Notes: generated from the sequence alone by a model not told the origin. Shown: positions 1-9,813, counted from the first letter of the stretch. The stretch: 33,674 nt of DNA from a candidate division WOR-3 bacterium (GCA_965648935.1 CBFGIY010000019.1:1-33674), one strand, 5' to 3'. A program made the numbers and translations.

Positions 1-59
1 GGGCAAGAGCCCGACCGCGGCCCGGCATCGTGCGGCGGGCGGCCTGCGTTGTCGCTCCT

Positions 60-1769
60 CTAGTCCGCCATCGGCAGGTCGACGCCCCGGTCGCGCGCGA
101 CCGCGCGAGCGATTTCGTAGCCGGCATCGGCGTGGCGGGCGATGCCCGTGCCCGGGTCATTGGTCAGCACGCGCCGGATGCGCTCATCCATCTCGGGCGT
201 GCCGTCACAGACCGTGACCTGGCCGGCGTGAATCGAGTAGCCGATGCCGACCCCACCGCCGTGGTGAATCGATACCCAGGACGCGCCCGACGCGACGTTG
301 AGCATCGCATTGAGCAGCGGCCAGTCCGCGACCGCGTCCGAGCCGTCCATCATCGCCTCGGTCTCACGGTTGGGCGAGGCGACCGAGCCGCAGTCGAGGT
401 GGTCGCGGCCGAGCACTATCGGCGCCCTGATGCGGCCTTCGCGCACAGCCTTGTTGAAGGCCAGTCCGGCGCGGTGGCGCTCGCCATAGCCCAGCCAGCA
501 GATGCGGGCTGGGAGGCCCTGGAACGGCACCTGCTCGCCGGCCTTGCGAATCCAGTTGGCCAGCGCGGCATTGTCCGGGAACAGCTCGAGGATGATGCGG
601 TCGGTCTCGGCGATGTCAGCCGGGTCGCCGGACAGGGCGGCCCAGCGGAACGGGCCCTTGCCCTCGCAGAACAGCGGCCGGATATAGGCCGGCACGAAGC
701 CGGGATACTTCCACGCGCCCTTGCGGCCGGGCGTGCGGATTTCCTCTTCCTGCAAGAACCCGCCCTCGACCGCCTTGCCGCGCAGGTTGTTGCCGTAGTC
801 GAAGGTAACGGCGCCGCGGTCCTGCAGCTTGAGCATCAGGCGCACGTGGTCGGCCATTGTCCGGTACGCGGCGCGGCGGTAAGCCTCGGGGTCGGCAGCG
901 CGCAGGCGCAGGGCCGCCTCGAAGGCCATACCGTCGGGCACGTAGCCGGCCAGCTCGTCGTGGGCCGAGGTCTGGTCGGTCAGGAGGTCGGGCACGACCC
1001 CGCGCTCGATGAGCCGTCCGAGCAGGGTTACAATATTCCCCCACCAGACAAAGCTTTTCGCGACTTTGTGATATTTCGCATCAAGTGCGGCGTCGATGGC
1101 GCGGTCGAGGTCGTCGATGCGCTCGTCGATGTAGCGGGGCTTGTTTGAGGCCAGGCGGCGCGCGATGCGGCTGGGGTCAACCTCGGCTCCGAGGTATGCC
1201 GCGCCGGCCATCACCGCGGCTAGAGGCTGGGCCCCGGACATCCCGCCCAGCCCGCCGGAAACGACCAGCCGGCCGGAAAGGTCGCTTGAGCCGAAGTGCT
1301 TCACCCCGGCCGCAACAAATGTCTCGTGCGTGCCCTGCAGGATGCCCTGCGTGCCGATATAGATCCAGGAACCGGCCGTCATCTGGCCGTACATCATCAG
1401 GCCGGCCGCTTCGAGTTCGTCGAAGTAGGGCTTGGTTGCCCAGTGGGGCACGAGGTTGGAATTGGCGATGAGCACGCGCGGGGCGTGGGGGAAGGTGCGG
1501 AACACCGCGACCGGCTTGCCCGACTGGACCAGCAGGGTCTCGTCGTTCTCCAGCCGCTTGAGCGTGCGTACGATGGCCTCGTAGCAGTCCCAGTTGCGCG
1601 CGGCCCGGCCCGTCCCGCCGTAGACGATCAGCTCGCGCGGGTTCTCGCCGACCGCTTCATCGAGGTTGTTCGCGAGCATCCGCAGCGCGGCTTCCTGATG
1701 CCAGCCCTTGCAGGACAGGGTCGTGCCGGTCGTGGCCTTGATTGGGGAGTAGATGTGTTTCTGGTTCAA
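60..1769 (-). CDS. hutU: urocanate hydratase
   Basis: Typical motifs [63 protein letters not shown] and [12 protein letters not shown] start with GAGG upstream. Confidence 0.97.
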   Translation of the reverse strand: MNQKHIYSPIKATTGTTLSCKGWHQEAALRMLANNLDEAVGENPRELIVYGGTGRAARNWDCYEAIVRTLKRLENDETLLVQSGKPVAVFRTFPHAPRVLIANSNLVPHWATKPYFDELEAAGLMMYGQMTAGSWIYIGTQGILQGTHETFVAAGVKHFGSSDLSGRLVVSGGLGGMSGAQPLAAVMAGAAYLGAEVDPSRIARRLASNKPRYIDERIDDLDRAIDAALDAKYHKVAKSFVWWGNIVTLLGRLIERGVVPDLLTDQTSAHDELAGYVPDGMAFEAALRLRAADPEAYRRAAYRTMADHVRLMLKLQDRGAVTFDYGNNLRGKAVEGGFLQEEEIRTPGRKGAWKYPGFVPAYIRPLFCEGKGPFRWAALSGDPADIAETDRIILELFPDNAALANWIRKAGEQVPFQGLPARICWLGYGERHRAGLAFNKAVREGRIRAPIVLGRDHLDCGSVASPNRETEAMMDGSDAVADWPLLNAMLNVASGASWVSIHHGGGVGIGYSIHAGQVTVCDGTPEMDERIRRVLTNDPGTGIARHADAGYEIARAVARDRGVDLPMAD

Positions 1770-1784
1770 GATTGCCTCAACAGG

Positions 1785-1812
1785 ATTGTAGGAGGATGGC
1801 GCGGGCAGTCAA
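1785..1812 (-). promoter_or_regulatory. sigma70-like promoter of hutU
   Basis: Minus strand TTGACT (1812-1807), 16-nt spacer, TACAAT (1790-1785), 15 nt before the TTG start. Confidence 0.7.
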
Positions 1813-1892
1813 CCCGAGGAAGGAGAGGGGGCAGGAGCTGGACTGCGGTTAGCGGGTTCTCTACTGCCTGCTGTGCAATCGGCCGCCGCCCC

Positions 1893-3209
1893 TTACCAAT
1901 CCCTTGACCGAATCAGCAGCCACAGCCCCATCTTTTTCGGCACAATTGCGGCAGTTGCGCTCGCAGCCGCGCCCAGTTGTCCTGCCGCGCCGGCGGAGAA
2001 GCTGCCGCGCAGGTCGGGCGTCAGGACGCTCTCACCCGTCAGGGTCGTGAACCTGGCCGCGCCGTCGCAGAGAGCATAGCCTGCGGGTAGAGCGCTTGAG
2101 TCGCCGTACCAGGTGATGACCGTGCCCGGCACCACGCTGCCCGGTCCGACATAGGCCCGGTTGGTGTAGAAGCCTCTGGAGCTGTGCATGTACGAGGTGT
2201 CGGCGAAGTTGCCGCGGGTGCTGCCGATCGCGGCCACAAAAGACTTGGTGCCGCCGTCGATGGATTCGGCCATCGCCACGACGCGGGTTGACTCGTACTG
2301 CCAGATGCCGGCGAAGCCGGCGCCGCGGTCGATGCCGGTGTCGCACCAGGCGAAACCGTGAAAGGCGCGGCGGACAGGATTTCCGGATACGCTTCTGCGC
2401 ACGGTGTCGATGTTCTCGAAGCCGTCCCAGTTCACAATCGAGGCGTGACCGCGCTTCTGGTAGTCCATGAATCCGGCGGGACCGTGAATCCTGAAGCGTT
2501 CCAAGGTGTCGGCGGCGATTCGGTCATAGTACCAGTACGTCAGTATCTCGCCTGCCGCGCCAACCTGCCGCCCGACGCGCACATCAGTCGTGCCCGTTGT
2601 CTCTGTCGGGTTGATGATGTTGCCGAAGACGTAGCCGGTTGACCGAAACACCGCGGCGAGCGTGGTGTCTTCAACCCAGGCCTGTCGTGCGTAGAGGGTC
2701 TTTGCCGTATCGGCCACGCGGCAGTTGCGGAAGTTCGCGGAGTCGTTGTAGGGACTCCCGCCGCCCGGGGAGGCAAGCGCATAGCCCGCGGTGTCGGCCT
2801 TGTACGCATACGCCGCGCTCACTATCCGCACGCGCGGGACCATCTCCGCTTCGCCGCCGACCGCCATCCCGAGGTAGAGCGCGCCCCCGTCCGGCACGGT
2901 TCCGAGCGGAGTCACCGAGCCGAGCAGGGCGTTGAACACGCCGCCGCGCACCGCTAAGTTCTGCGTCTCGGTCCAGAACGGGCTGCCGCCGGTCGGCGTC
3001 GCGTAGAGCCTGAAGCTCAGGGAGTAGACGCCGTTGGGCACGGCGTTGCCGAGCGTGTCGGTGAGCCTGCCCTGGTATGACAGCATCCGGGGGATGGTCA
3101 GAGCTTCCGAGTGGCTGTCAGACGGACCCGCCTGTGGCTGTCCGGGCTGCTGTTTGACGGCCGTGGCAAGTGCGATCATGCTGAGAATGAGCGCGGCCAG
3201 ATTCATCAT
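1893..3209 (-). CDS. secreted protein with N-terminal SYQGRL tail-fibre-associated domain and C-terminal phage tail-collar-like domain
   Basis: Hydrophobic signal peptide (MMNLAALILSMIALATA). N-terminal block MLSYQGRLTD...FRLY...WTETQ...GVFNALLG...EMVPRVRIVSAAYAYKAD. C-terminal PGTVITWYG..LPAGYALCDG...PDLRGSF matches the tail-collar pattern. GAGG RBS. Confidence 0.75.
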   Translation of the reverse strand: MMNLAALILSMIALATAVKQQPGQPQAGPSDSHSEALTIPRMLSYQGRLTDTLGNAVPNGVYSLSFRLYATPTGGSPFWTETQNLAVRGGVFNALLGSVTPLGTVPDGGALYLGMAVGGEAEMVPRVRIVSAAYAYKADTAGYALASPGGGSPYNDSANFRNCRVADTAKTLYARQAWVEDTTLAAVFRSTGYVFGNIINPTETTGTTDVRVGRQVGAAGEILTYWYYDRIAADTLERFRIHGPAGFMDYQKRGHASIVNWDGFENIDTVRRSVSGNPVRRAFHGFAWCDTGIDRGAGFAGIWQYESTRVVAMAESIDGGTKSFVAAIGSTRGNFADTSYMHSSRGFYTNRAYVGPGSVVPGTVITWYGDSSALPAGYALCDGAARFTTLTGESVLTPDLRGSFSAGAAGQLGAAASATAAIVPKKMGLWLLIRSRDW

Positions 3210-3331
3210 GTCAACCTCGCAATATGCGCGGCAAGGCGCGCTTCCTGTTCTTTCCTTTTCGATTTGCTGAGAGGAGTGCTTCTGAGCCGGACTGCCCCCG
3301 CCGGGATTCCTTCCGATGACGTGCGGCTCAT
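3206..3331 (-). CDS. putative leaderless 41-aa upstream ORF (MSRTSSEGIPAGAVRLRSTPLSKSKRKEQEARLAAHIARLT)
   Basis: ATG lies 7 nt after a -10 box. The TGA stop overlaps the ATG of the next gene (ATGA). No homology evidence. Confidence 0.4.
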   Translation of the reverse strand: MSRTSSEGIPAGAVRLRSTPLSKSKRKEQEARLAAHIARLT

Positions 3332-3338
3332 CGCGGCG

Positions 3339-3366
3339 AGTGTAGGACGGCCTGACTGCCTGTCAA
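3339..3366 (-). promoter_or_regulatory. sigma70-like promoter upstream of the collar-domain gene
   Basis: Minus strand TTGACA (3366-3361), 16-nt spacer, TACACT (3344-3339). Confidence 0.7.
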
Positions 3367-3488
3367 GCCGCCGCTGCGGGGAAGCTCAGTCCCCGATTCC
3401 CGGTCGAGAATGAGGTTCGGACAGTGATGTCTCCACCGGCGGCGAAGTGACAGGCGGCGAGTTCGCGTCGAAGCGCGAGCGCCGGGCA

Positions 3489-3535
3489 CCACAACCTGTA
3501 GTGGTCTGAGTCGAACGGCATACCGCAGGTTGTGG
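3489..3535. promoter_or_regulatory. tandem NrdR-box-like operator pair
   Basis: CCACAACCTGTAGTGG (3489-3504) and ATACCGCAGGTTGTGG (3520-3535) resemble the 16-bp NrdR consensus acaCwAtATaTwGtgt. Their starts are 31 bp apart, the usual NrdR spacing. Confidence 0.6.
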
Positions 3536-3831
3536 AGGGGGTGACTCCCCGGGCAATCCCGGGCTTCAGACCGGCGTCGAGCAGGACGGAAAGGGGCGAG
3601 ACGAGGTCCGGCGCGAGCTTGCCGGCAAGCGGCGGCACCAGCGCGGGTTTGAGCCGGAGGGTGAACTTGAGTCTCAGACAGGCTGCTAACTGCTTGCTTT
3701 TCTGAGTTGTTACATCGTGACTTACGCGGGAGTCTGTTGGAGCGTTCGGGGCCGCAGCCTTCCTCCGGACGAATCAGGGGTCTTATGGGGAATTATGTCC
3801 CCGGTTCCCGTGTGCCGTCGGCAGCGTGCTG

Positions 3832-6800
3832 CTAGCTTGTCTGGATGAGGCGCGGAGGGCGGAGGCCGGTGAACAGGAGCCAGGTCGAAACCTTGCGGTC
3901 GGGGTAGATGCGCCTGAGCGCGGCGGCGTAGTGAAAGAGCTGCGCGTCGTGGTATTCCTGCGCGACGCGCTCGAGCTCGGCCTCTTTGACCGCGAAGGTC
4001 TTGTAATCGTAGATGCGGACTTCGTCGTCTTCGAGGATGACGCGGTCGATGCGGCCGGTCCAGACCGTCGCACCGTCGGAGTACATCACTGGCAGTTCGG
4101 TTTCGGCGCCGTCGCGCGGGGCAATGACCGACCAGGCAGACTTGTCGGCAAGCAGGCGCTGCAGGTGCTTGAGCACGGCCGGAACGATGTCAGGTGTCAA
4201 GTTGTTGATGGCAGGCGTCAGACTTGTGGGCAGGGTGTCTGCCGGTTGGTGGTTCTCGACTGCCGAAAGGGCGGCGTCGATGTCGGCCGGGGTGAGCTTG
4301 CCGAGGGAGAGGAGCTCGAGGATGCGGTGGATTGCGTCGCCCGAGCCGATGGCGACATCAGGGTTGCGCCGGAAGTCCGAGGGGATGTTGCGGGTTATCG
4401 CCCGGATGCGTGGGGGTAGCTGAACCGCGGCGGGACGCAGCGCGCGGCGGCGGGGCGGGGCTTTGGCCGCGGGGCGGGCCGGGACATCAGGGATGGTGTC
4501 GGCGTTGACGCAGCAGACTCCGGGGATGCCGAGGTCGGCGGAGAAGCGAAACTCCTCGGGTGCGAGCTTCAGATGCTCCATCAGCCAGCCGAGCCGGGTT
4601 TTCTCGACTTTCCACCTCTTCGTGTTGCCGAGCGCTCCGACAAGGAACAAGCCGTCGCGGGCGCGAGTGCAGGCGACATAGAAGATGCGTTTCTCTTCTT
4701 CAAGGCCTTTCCGGACATAGGTCATATGAAAGTCGCTCTGCCGGCGTAGGTCGGCGTCGGGGAGCCAGGATACCAGCACCTCGTCCGGGCCGGTTTCCTC
4801 GATGACCAGGTTGCTGCCGGCGGGTTTGTCAAGAGGCTTGAGCAGCTCGTCGAGCCCGGAGTAGAAGACTATGGGGAATTGCAGGCCCTTGGCGGTGTGG
4901 ACTGTCATCAACTGGACTGCGTTGCGCCCTTCGGGCCGGACATCGGCCTTGGATTCGTCGTGGTCGGTGTCCTGCAGGGCGTGGAGGATGCGCAGGGGCG
5001 TTTCGCCGCCGGCGGCGCGGTCTTCGATGAGCGAGAGCAGCTTGCGCAGGTTGGCGACGCGCTGGGGTTCCCAGAAGGTCTGCCAGACCTTCTGCTCGGC
5101 CAGCGCGGCTTCGAGGATGCGGGCCAGCGGCCGCACCGGCACCCGCGCGCGCCAGCGGTCAAGCGCCGCCAGGGCCGCTTCCAGCGGCGAGCCGGGCGGC
5201 GCGCTCGCCCGGCAACGTTCGAGCAGAGACGGCGCGTCGCCTGAGTTGGCGAGGAAGATGTCGCGCTCGGGTATGCCGAAGACCGGACCGCGCAGGGTGG
5301 CGTAGAGCGCGAGGCTGTCGAACGGGTCAACCAGCGCGGCCGCGAGCGCGATGACGTAGCGCACCTCGGGTTCGTCGTAGAACCCGGTGCCGCCGCAGAC
5401 GAGGAAGGGAACCCCGGCCGCGCGCAGGGCGGCTTCGAGGGCAGGCAGGCTCTGGCGGGCGCGGAACAGGATGCCGATGTCGGAGTAGTTGCAGGGCCGG
5501 GCGGTCTCGGTTCCATCCGGGCCGCGGTCGTACACCTTGAACGGGCTGTCCGGGTTGACCAGCGCGCGGATGCGGCGGGCAATCGCGCGGGCGCAGGTCT
5601 CGCGCCGCTCTTCGGCGTTGCCTTCGCCCGGGGCGATGATGACTTCGACCGTGCCGGATGCGTCATTGGAGCGGGCGCGGCGGAACGGCGCGTAGCGGGT
5701 CTGCCAGGGTTCGGCCTTGCCTGCTCCCGGGGCCATCAGGCTGGAGAACAGCCGGTTGTTGAAGTCGATGATTGACTGGAGACTGCGGTAGTTGTCCTCA
5801 AGCGTGATGCGGTTGACCCTGTCCCGGCCCAGCCATTCTTCGAGCTTGTCCGCGGCCTTGCTGAACACCTCGACCTTGGCGCCGCGGAACAGGTAGATCG
5901 ACTGCTTGTCGTCGCCGACGAGGAACACGGTCGGCTCGATGCCGCGGTCAGCCTTGGCGCCTTCGCCCGAGCGCCACTCCTCGGTCAGCTTGTCGACTAT
6001 GCCCCATTGCAGGTAGGAGGTGTCCTGAAACTCGTCGACAAGCAGGTGGTCGGTGTGTTCGTCAAAGGCGCGCAGGACGTTCTGCCAGTCCGGGTCGCGC
6101 TCGAGCAACTGCAGGGCGAGGTATTCCATATCGGCATAGTCGACCTGACCGGAGTCGCGCTTGGCGGTTTCGTAGGCCGCGAGGAAGCGCTGGCGGAACA
6201 GCTCGAAGCTGCGGGCGAACTCGGCGGCGCAGGCGTCGGCGCGCAGCAGGTCATGGTAACGCGACAGCCGCTCATTCCAGTCCCTCTCCGCTTCCTTGCC
6301 CTTGCCGCGCGGCTTGAGGGGCGTGCCGTTCTTGGTCAGAAACAGCTCGGACTGGGCCTTGAGCGCTTCGATTGCGGCGCGGACCGCGGCCGGGCTGAAC
6401 TCAGCGGGGAACAACACACCGGTGTCGGTCAGCTTCCGGGTGAGCGGGTCGGCGCGCAGGTCGGCGGCAAGTCGGTTGAGCAGGTCCCGGTCAACCGGCT
6501 CGACCCGGCCCCGGGCGATGTTGACCCGGTCTTTGAAGAAGCTGTCAAATCGCTTGGAGAGGTCAGTCCAGCCGATGCTCTCATCATCGGTGATCAGTTC
6601 CAGGAGGAGGTTCAAGGCTTCGTTGTCGCGGTCCGATTCGGCCACGGCCATCAGAGCGTCGTACTTGGCCGCGGTCCAGAGCCCGGCCGGGTCCGGCAGA
6701 ACATCGACGCGCGGGTCAAGCCCGAGCGACGGGGCGAACCGGCGGATGAGCGTCAGGCAGAAGGAGTGGATTGTCGAGATGCGCAGTTTGAGCGCGTCGA

Positions 6801-7014
6801 GGCGCAGGCGCTTTCCCAGTTCGGGGTCGCGCTCGGACACGCGCTGGAAGATGCGCTCCTTCATTTCGGCCGCGGCCTTCTCGGTGTAGGTCAGGGTCAG
6901 GATGCGCTCGGGCGGGACCCCGGCCTCGAGCAGCTCGATGTAGCGCCGGGTCAGGCGCTCGGTCTTGCCCGAGCCGGCCGGGGCAAAGATGACCTCGTGG
7001 CGCAGTCCCGACAT
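3832..7014 (-). CDS. addA: UvrD-type helicase/nuclease, AddA-like subunit
   Basis: Walker A APAGSGKT, LLVDEFQDT, VGDDKQSIYLFRGA, NYRS, MTVHTAKGLQFP and YVACTRAR. C-terminal PD-(D/E)XK nuclease GRIDRV...DYKT...QLFHY. Adjacent to an AddB-like gene. Confidence 0.9.
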   Translation of the reverse strand: MSGLRHEVIFAPAGSGKTERLTRRYIELLEAGVPPERILTLTYTEKAAAEMKERIFQRVSERDPELGKRLRLDALKLRISTIHSFCLTLIRRFAPSLGLDPRVDVLPDPAGLWTAAKYDALMAVAESDRDNEALNLLLELITDDESIGWTDLSKRFDSFFKDRVNIARGRVEPVDRDLLNRLAADLRADPLTRKLTDTGVLFPAEFSPAAVRAAIEALKAQSELFLTKNGTPLKPRGKGKEAERDWNERLSRYHDLLRADACAAEFARSFELFRQRFLAAYETAKRDSGQVDYADMEYLALQLLERDPDWQNVLRAFDEHTDHLLVDEFQDTSYLQWGIVDKLTEEWRSGEGAKADRGIEPTVFLVGDDKQSIYLFRGAKVEVFSKAADKLEEWLGRDRVNRITLEDNYRSLQSIIDFNNRLFSSLMAPGAGKAEPWQTRYAPFRRARSNDASGTVEVIIAPGEGNAEERRETCARAIARRIRALVNPDSPFKVYDRGPDGTETARPCNYSDIGILFRARQSLPALEAALRAAGVPFLVCGGTGFYDEPEVRYVIALAAALVDPFDSLALYATLRGPVFGIPERDIFLANSGDAPSLLERCRASAPPGSPLEAALAALDRWRARVPVRPLARILEAALAEQKVWQTFWEPQRVANLRKLLSLIEDRAAGGETPLRILHALQDTDHDESKADVRPEGRNAVQLMTVHTAKGLQFPIVFYSGLDELLKPLDKPAGSNLVIEETGPDEVLVSWLPDADLRRQSDFHMTYVRKGLEEEKRIFYVACTRARDGLFLVGALGNTKRWKVEKTRLGWLMEHLKLAPEEFRFSADLGIPGVCCVNADTIPDVPARPAAKAPPRRRALRPAAVQLPPRIRAITRNIPSDFRRNPDVAIGSGDAIHRILELLSLGKLTPADIDAALSAVENHQPADTLPTSLTPAINNLTPDIVPAVLKHLQRLLADKSAWSVIAPRDGAETELPVMYSDGATVWTGRIDRVILEDDEVRIYDYKTFAVKEAELERVAQEYHDAQLFHYAAALRRIYPDRKVSTWLLFTGLRPPRLIQTS

Positions 7015-9813
7015 CTATTCCTCCCCGACTTGCGGGCCGGCGCCGCAGAGATAGCCGAAGTCGCAGTAGCGGCAAGTGTCGTTTTTCGCCGGCTCAGCCC
7101 GGAAACGGCCTGAGCGGATGCCGGCCATCACCTCGGCCGTGGTTTCAAGAGCGGCCTTGACCAGTTCTTCGAGTGATTGCTTCTCGCCGGCGAGCCAGCG
7201 GATGCGTGCTTCGCGCAGAGAGTAGATGCCGACGTTGTCGACCGGCCGGCCGGTTGAGTCGGCGATGAGCTTCGCGTAGAGCGGAAGCTGGACGTGGGTT
7301 CGGTTCGTGACCACATCGTTGGCCGAGATGTCTGCCTTGCCGGTCTTGTAGTCGAGCACGCGCAGGCCGTCGGGATGCTCGTCTAAACGGTCGAGCCGGC
7401 CACTGACCCGGATGTCTTCGGCGACCTTGCCCTCGAGCGTCATCTCGGTTTCTCTCGGCTGCCAGTTCGCCGCGCGCAGTTCGGTCTCGATTCTCTTGAA
7501 GCCGGGCAGGATGTTGTCGAACACGCGGCGAGCGGTTTCGGACCAGAACAGGGGCAGGCCGGCTTCGCGCAGGGCGGCGTCAAACGCGGCGCGGGCCCGT
7601 TCCTCGAGCCGGGCCAGTGGCACCGGGCCTCTTTCGTAGAGCCGGCCGAACGCGTCGTGGACCACCGTGCCCCATTGCCGGCTGTCGATTTCAAACTGCG
7701 GCTCGGGCGGGCTTTCGACCTTGAGCACGCGTTCAAGGTAGAAGCGGTAGGGGCAGGCGCGGAACGACTCGACCGCAGTGACCGAAACCGCACGGTCAGG
7801 CCCGAAGCGTCTGGCCAGTTCGGTTCTGACCGCGCTGTCGGACTCGAAGTCAACTTCGAACGGCTGTTCGGCGAATGACCGGCCCGAGCGCGCGCCAGCG
7901 TCGAGCTGTTCCTCGATGGCGGCGCAGTAGAAGCCGGGCGCGGGCGGCTTGAGCGTCGGAAGCGAAAGAAACGGCGTGGGCAGGACCGGATTGCCACCCT
8001 CTGATTCGAAGGCGCAGAGCAGGGGCGGCTCGAGCGGACTCTCAATCGTGGCGCGCAGGTGGAAGCGCTGGCGGTCGCGGTGCCTTTCGATGTCAGGGAT
8101 GCCCAGCCGGCGGCGCAGGCGGTCGGGCAGAATCGGGTCGGCGCGCCAGGAACCGGGCAGGTTGGACTCGGTCAGCCCGCCGACCACGAGCCGGCGCGGG
8201 TGCAGGTTGAGGGTTTCGGTCAGGCCGACGACGAGCACGCCGGCCGGCGCCGGCTCGGCCTTGCCGCGTTCAAGCCCGATGAGGTATTCCAGCGCGCGGA
8301 CAAAGGCGCGGCGCGACTCGGGCGCGGCGCCGAAGTCGGCCTCGAACGCGGCCAGTTCGTCAAGGATGTCGTAGAGCGTGCCGCGGTCTTCAAGCAGGGG
8401 CTCGGCCTCGGGCAAGGCGGCAAAGTCGCCCTGCCCGAAGTCAACCGCTTCGAGAAAAGCCTTGAGCCGGGCGGCCTGACTGCCGAGCGTGTCAGCTGGT
8501 TCGAGCATTTTGTCGGCAAGGCCGATGGCCCGGCGCACGCGCGCCTGCAGGTCGGCGCAGAAGGCTTTCTCTTCGGGGTCGAGCCGGCTCTCGGCTGCTT
8601 CGAGTCGCTCGCAGATGTTCTTCCAGTCGTTCCTGCTTTTTATGATGCCGGCGCGGCGCGAAAAGTTGTTTACCGCGGCTGCGGCCTGCCGGCGCGCCGC
8701 GCAATCGGATTCTCCCGGCAGGCGCAGGAGACCGGGCAGCCAGTCAGAGGAGAGCGCGGCGGCAAAGGGCAGGCGCTCAAACCCGGTGTCGACCGCGCGG
8801 AGCAGCTCAAGCACCGCGGCCACCGGCGGCGAGGCATTGAGAGCGACGTCGGGATAGAGCGTGGCGGGCACGCCGTACTGCTCGAACACCCGCCGCACCA
8901 GCGGGGCGCAGGTGGTGAGGTCGGGCAGGGCGACGACGGTGTCGGACAGGTCGGGCAGGCCGCGCAGGTGCCGGGCGATGCCTTCAAGCTGGGCCTCGCG
9001 GTCGGCAAAGACAAACCGGCCCGCAAACGGCGGGGGCGGCGCGCAGTCGAGTCGTTCGGTCGCGAACCCGCCCAGCCCTTCAAGGAAGGCGCGGAACCGC
9101 CCGGCCAGCGTGTAGTCCTCGTCCTCGGGGTCGCTGGCCCAGCAGGAGGCGACAGTGATGTCGGCCGACTCGACGAGGGCCGCGATGAGCGCCGACTCGA
9201 GAGGGTTCGGGTCAGCGAACCCGTCGAGGAGGAGCACGCGCGGCGCGAGGCTGGATTCGGCGACCAGCCCGGGCGAAAGCGCGGCGACATCTTCATCATC
9301 GAAGCGGCCGCGGGCGCGCAGCTCGGCGTCGTATGCGTCGAGCAGATTCAGGGCCTCGAGCGCGCGTTCCAGCGGCCTGGGATGGCCGGCAAGTTCGTCG
9401 GTGAAGAGCGCGGCGAGGCCGCGGCGCTCTTCAGGCTTCACCCAGGTCTTGATGTCGGCGATGAACTCGGATACTGCACGGGCATAGCCGATGGTTGCGG
9501 AAGCCTCTGACGGCTTGATGAGCCGGCGAATGAGCAGGGGGCTGAGGCTTGAGGGCAGAAGCCGGCCTTTGCCCGAGGCAGAGAACAGACGGTCGGCAAG
9601 CTGGCCAGGCGTGAGAAACAGCGGCGGGATGAAACCGGTACAACCGCACCGGGACGCAAACTCAAACTCGGCCGCACGGCGCTTGCGCTGGTTGGGAGCA
9701 AGGTAAACGATGCCGCGGAAGCCAGGGCCGGGAACGCGCTCGAGCGCGGCCGCAAATAGCCGCTCGGTGACGTCCGCGCAGCCGAACTGCGCAAGCAGCA
9801 GCCTGCGTTTCAC
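7015..9813 (-). CDS. addB: AddB-like PD-(D/E)XK nuclease subunit with Fe-S cluster motif
   Basis: Degenerate helicase-like N-terminus. SVTAVESFRACPYRF, GRLDRLD...DYKTG...QLPLY and terminal CRYCDFGYLC (1+3 Cys Fe-S staple). Stop abuts the addA start. Confidence 0.85.
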   Translation of the reverse strand: MKRRLLLAQFGCADVTERLFAAALERVPGPGFRGIVYLAPNQRKRRAAEFEFASRCGCTGFIPPLFLTPGQLADRLFSASGKGRLLPSSLSPLLIRRLIKPSEASATIGYARAVSEFIADIKTWVKPEERRGLAALFTDELAGHPRPLERALEALNLLDAYDAELRARGRFDDEDVAALSPGLVAESSLAPRVLLLDGFADPNPLESALIAALVESADITVASCWASDPEDEDYTLAGRFRAFLEGLGGFATERLDCAPPPPFAGRFVFADREAQLEGIARHLRGLPDLSDTVVALPDLTTCAPLVRRVFEQYGVPATLYPDVALNASPPVAAVLELLRAVDTGFERLPFAAALSSDWLPGLLRLPGESDCAARRQAAAAVNNFSRRAGIIKSRNDWKNICERLEAAESRLDPEEKAFCADLQARVRRAIGLADKMLEPADTLGSQAARLKAFLEAVDFGQGDFAALPEAEPLLEDRGTLYDILDELAAFEADFGAAPESRRAFVRALEYLIGLERGKAEPAPAGVLVVGLTETLNLHPRRLVVGGLTESNLPGSWRADPILPDRLRRRLGIPDIERHRDRQRFHLRATIESPLEPPLLCAFESEGGNPVLPTPFLSLPTLKPPAPGFYCAAIEEQLDAGARSGRSFAEQPFEVDFESDSAVRTELARRFGPDRAVSVTAVESFRACPYRFYLERVLKVESPPEPQFEIDSRQWGTVVHDAFGRLYERGPVPLARLEERARAAFDAALREAGLPLFWSETARRVFDNILPGFKRIETELRAANWQPRETEMTLEGKVAEDIRVSGRLDRLDEHPDGLRVLDYKTGKADISANDVVTNRTHVQLPLYAKLIADSTGRPVDNVGIYSLREARIRWLAGEKQSLEELVKAALETTAEVMAGIRSGRFRAEPAKNDTCRYCDFGYLCGAGPQVGEE

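Noticed and set aside
30..1148. 372-aa plus-strand ORF and similar long antisense ORFs (6007-7113, 8059-9510, 15212-16498, 17560-18771, 29607-30629)
   Set aside because: Shadow frames opposite well-supported genes. They are expected in GC-rich DNA and carry no recognisable motifs.
1893..3830. Diversity-generating retroelement acting on the fibre-like gene
   Set aside because: No reverse transcriptase in the window and no template/variable repeat pair found.
7015..9813. Cas4 or CRISPR interpretation of the Fe-S PD-(D/E)XK nuclease
   Set aside because: Length and pairing with a UvrD-type helicase fit AddB. No repeat-spacer array or other cas gene is in the window.
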